Part shown: positions 63,701 through 64,000 of the stretch, one piece after another
How positions within the stretch are numbered: the stretch's first letter is position 1
Layout of the letters: each line of letters begins with the position of its first letter
From: an uncultured Christensenella sp.
Lineage (GTDB): Bacteria > Bacillota > Clostridia > Christensenellales > UBA3700
Direction: 5' to 3'
DNA length: 64,000 nucleotides
NCBI GenBank assembly: GCA_949287655.1
Contig: CASEHD010000009.1
Location: 96,223 to 160,222, forward strand
Position numbers and translations under genes: made by a program
The notes under the pieces: generated by a model
The model's database searches: none
What the model was told of the DNA's origin: nothing
Seen by the model: only the letters and a program-made list of their open reading frames with translations

Positions 63701-64000
63701 AGTCGGCTCTACGGTAACGTTATAGTTCGCGTTCGCGTCGTGCGATACCGTGATGCCGTAACTGCCGGGCGTATAAATTTCGCCCGCGCTTACCGTAACG
63801 GTTACTTTATCGCGTCCGAAGAAACCGTCCGCACCTGCAACGACGTATCCGCCAAAGTCGTAAGCCGCCCCGTCGTATACTTTGTCGACGCTCGTTTCCG
63901 CTTTGAGAGTTATCTCTTTTGCGGTGATGTTCCACGGCAATTCGATGTCCGCGCTACCGCCCGTAATCCACTCATAATTTGATTTATTCTTGAGCGCAGC
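60742..64000 (-). pseudogene. Second MBG/YDG-repeat surface protein (paralog of 45960-51395), interrupted by a frameshift near 62758-62765; 5' end beyond the window
   Basis: Track ORFs 62657-63940 and 60742-62910 overlap in different frames. The family-like sequence switches frame at ...TFTLVSNNYKW | (R)IAPYGVTIEISEAAKTKVYNG. The upstream frame stays open to nt 64000 (AALKNKSNYEWITGGSADIELPWNITAKE). The C-terminal TM plus basic tail is AIALAAGGISVAAAIGFIVKKGKGGRKNEKK. Confidence 0.7.

Noticed and set aside
1-64000. tRNA, rRNA, transposase/integrase, prophage or CRISPR-Cas content
   Set aside because: I found no cloverleaf-like GTTCGAATC T-arm motifs or rRNA-like stretches. There are no DDE, serine or tyrosine recombinase-like ORFs, and no phage structural genes. 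DUF5131 and DUF1273 are isolated phage-associated families, not evidence of a prophage.

Overview
64-kb chromosomal segment that looks like a spore-forming Firmicute (Clostridia-like). Support for that: a cwlJ-gerQ spore pair, an nfeD-floA flotillin operon, a Cys T-box leader upstream of cysE-cysS, many lipobox lipoproteins and Gram-positive style RBS/terminators. I found no rRNA, tRNA, CRISPR array, transposase or integrase. From 1 to about 45 kb the window holds ordinary metabolic, transport and carbohydrate genes: MATE and GPH transporters, GH38/GH43/GH2 hydrolases, an amino-acid ABC system, a BMP-type nucleoside ABC system, ung, xpt, rsmF-like and alkaline phosphatase. The stand-out region is 45.4-64 kb. 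It holds a translationally coupled operon for a 2,443-aa lipoprotein, a 1,811-aa repeat protein anchored at both ends, and a 161-aa lipoprotein. A paralogous second copy (repeat protein plus small lipoprotein) starts at 60.3 kb, is frameshifted and runs off the window. The two loci flank cwlJ-gerQ. Other points worth a second look: a tandemly duplicated 141-nt structured element in a 640-bp gap between convergent genes; a recurrent intergenic motif ACACGGGCAC; a roughly 150-aa coiled-coil-like insertion in an amino-acid ABC ATPase; an acidic-then-basic disordered tail on an ABC permease; an orphan promoter-terminator unit; apparently leaderless genes; and a decayed lipoprotein remnant. All family calls come from reading motifs by eye; no database search was run.
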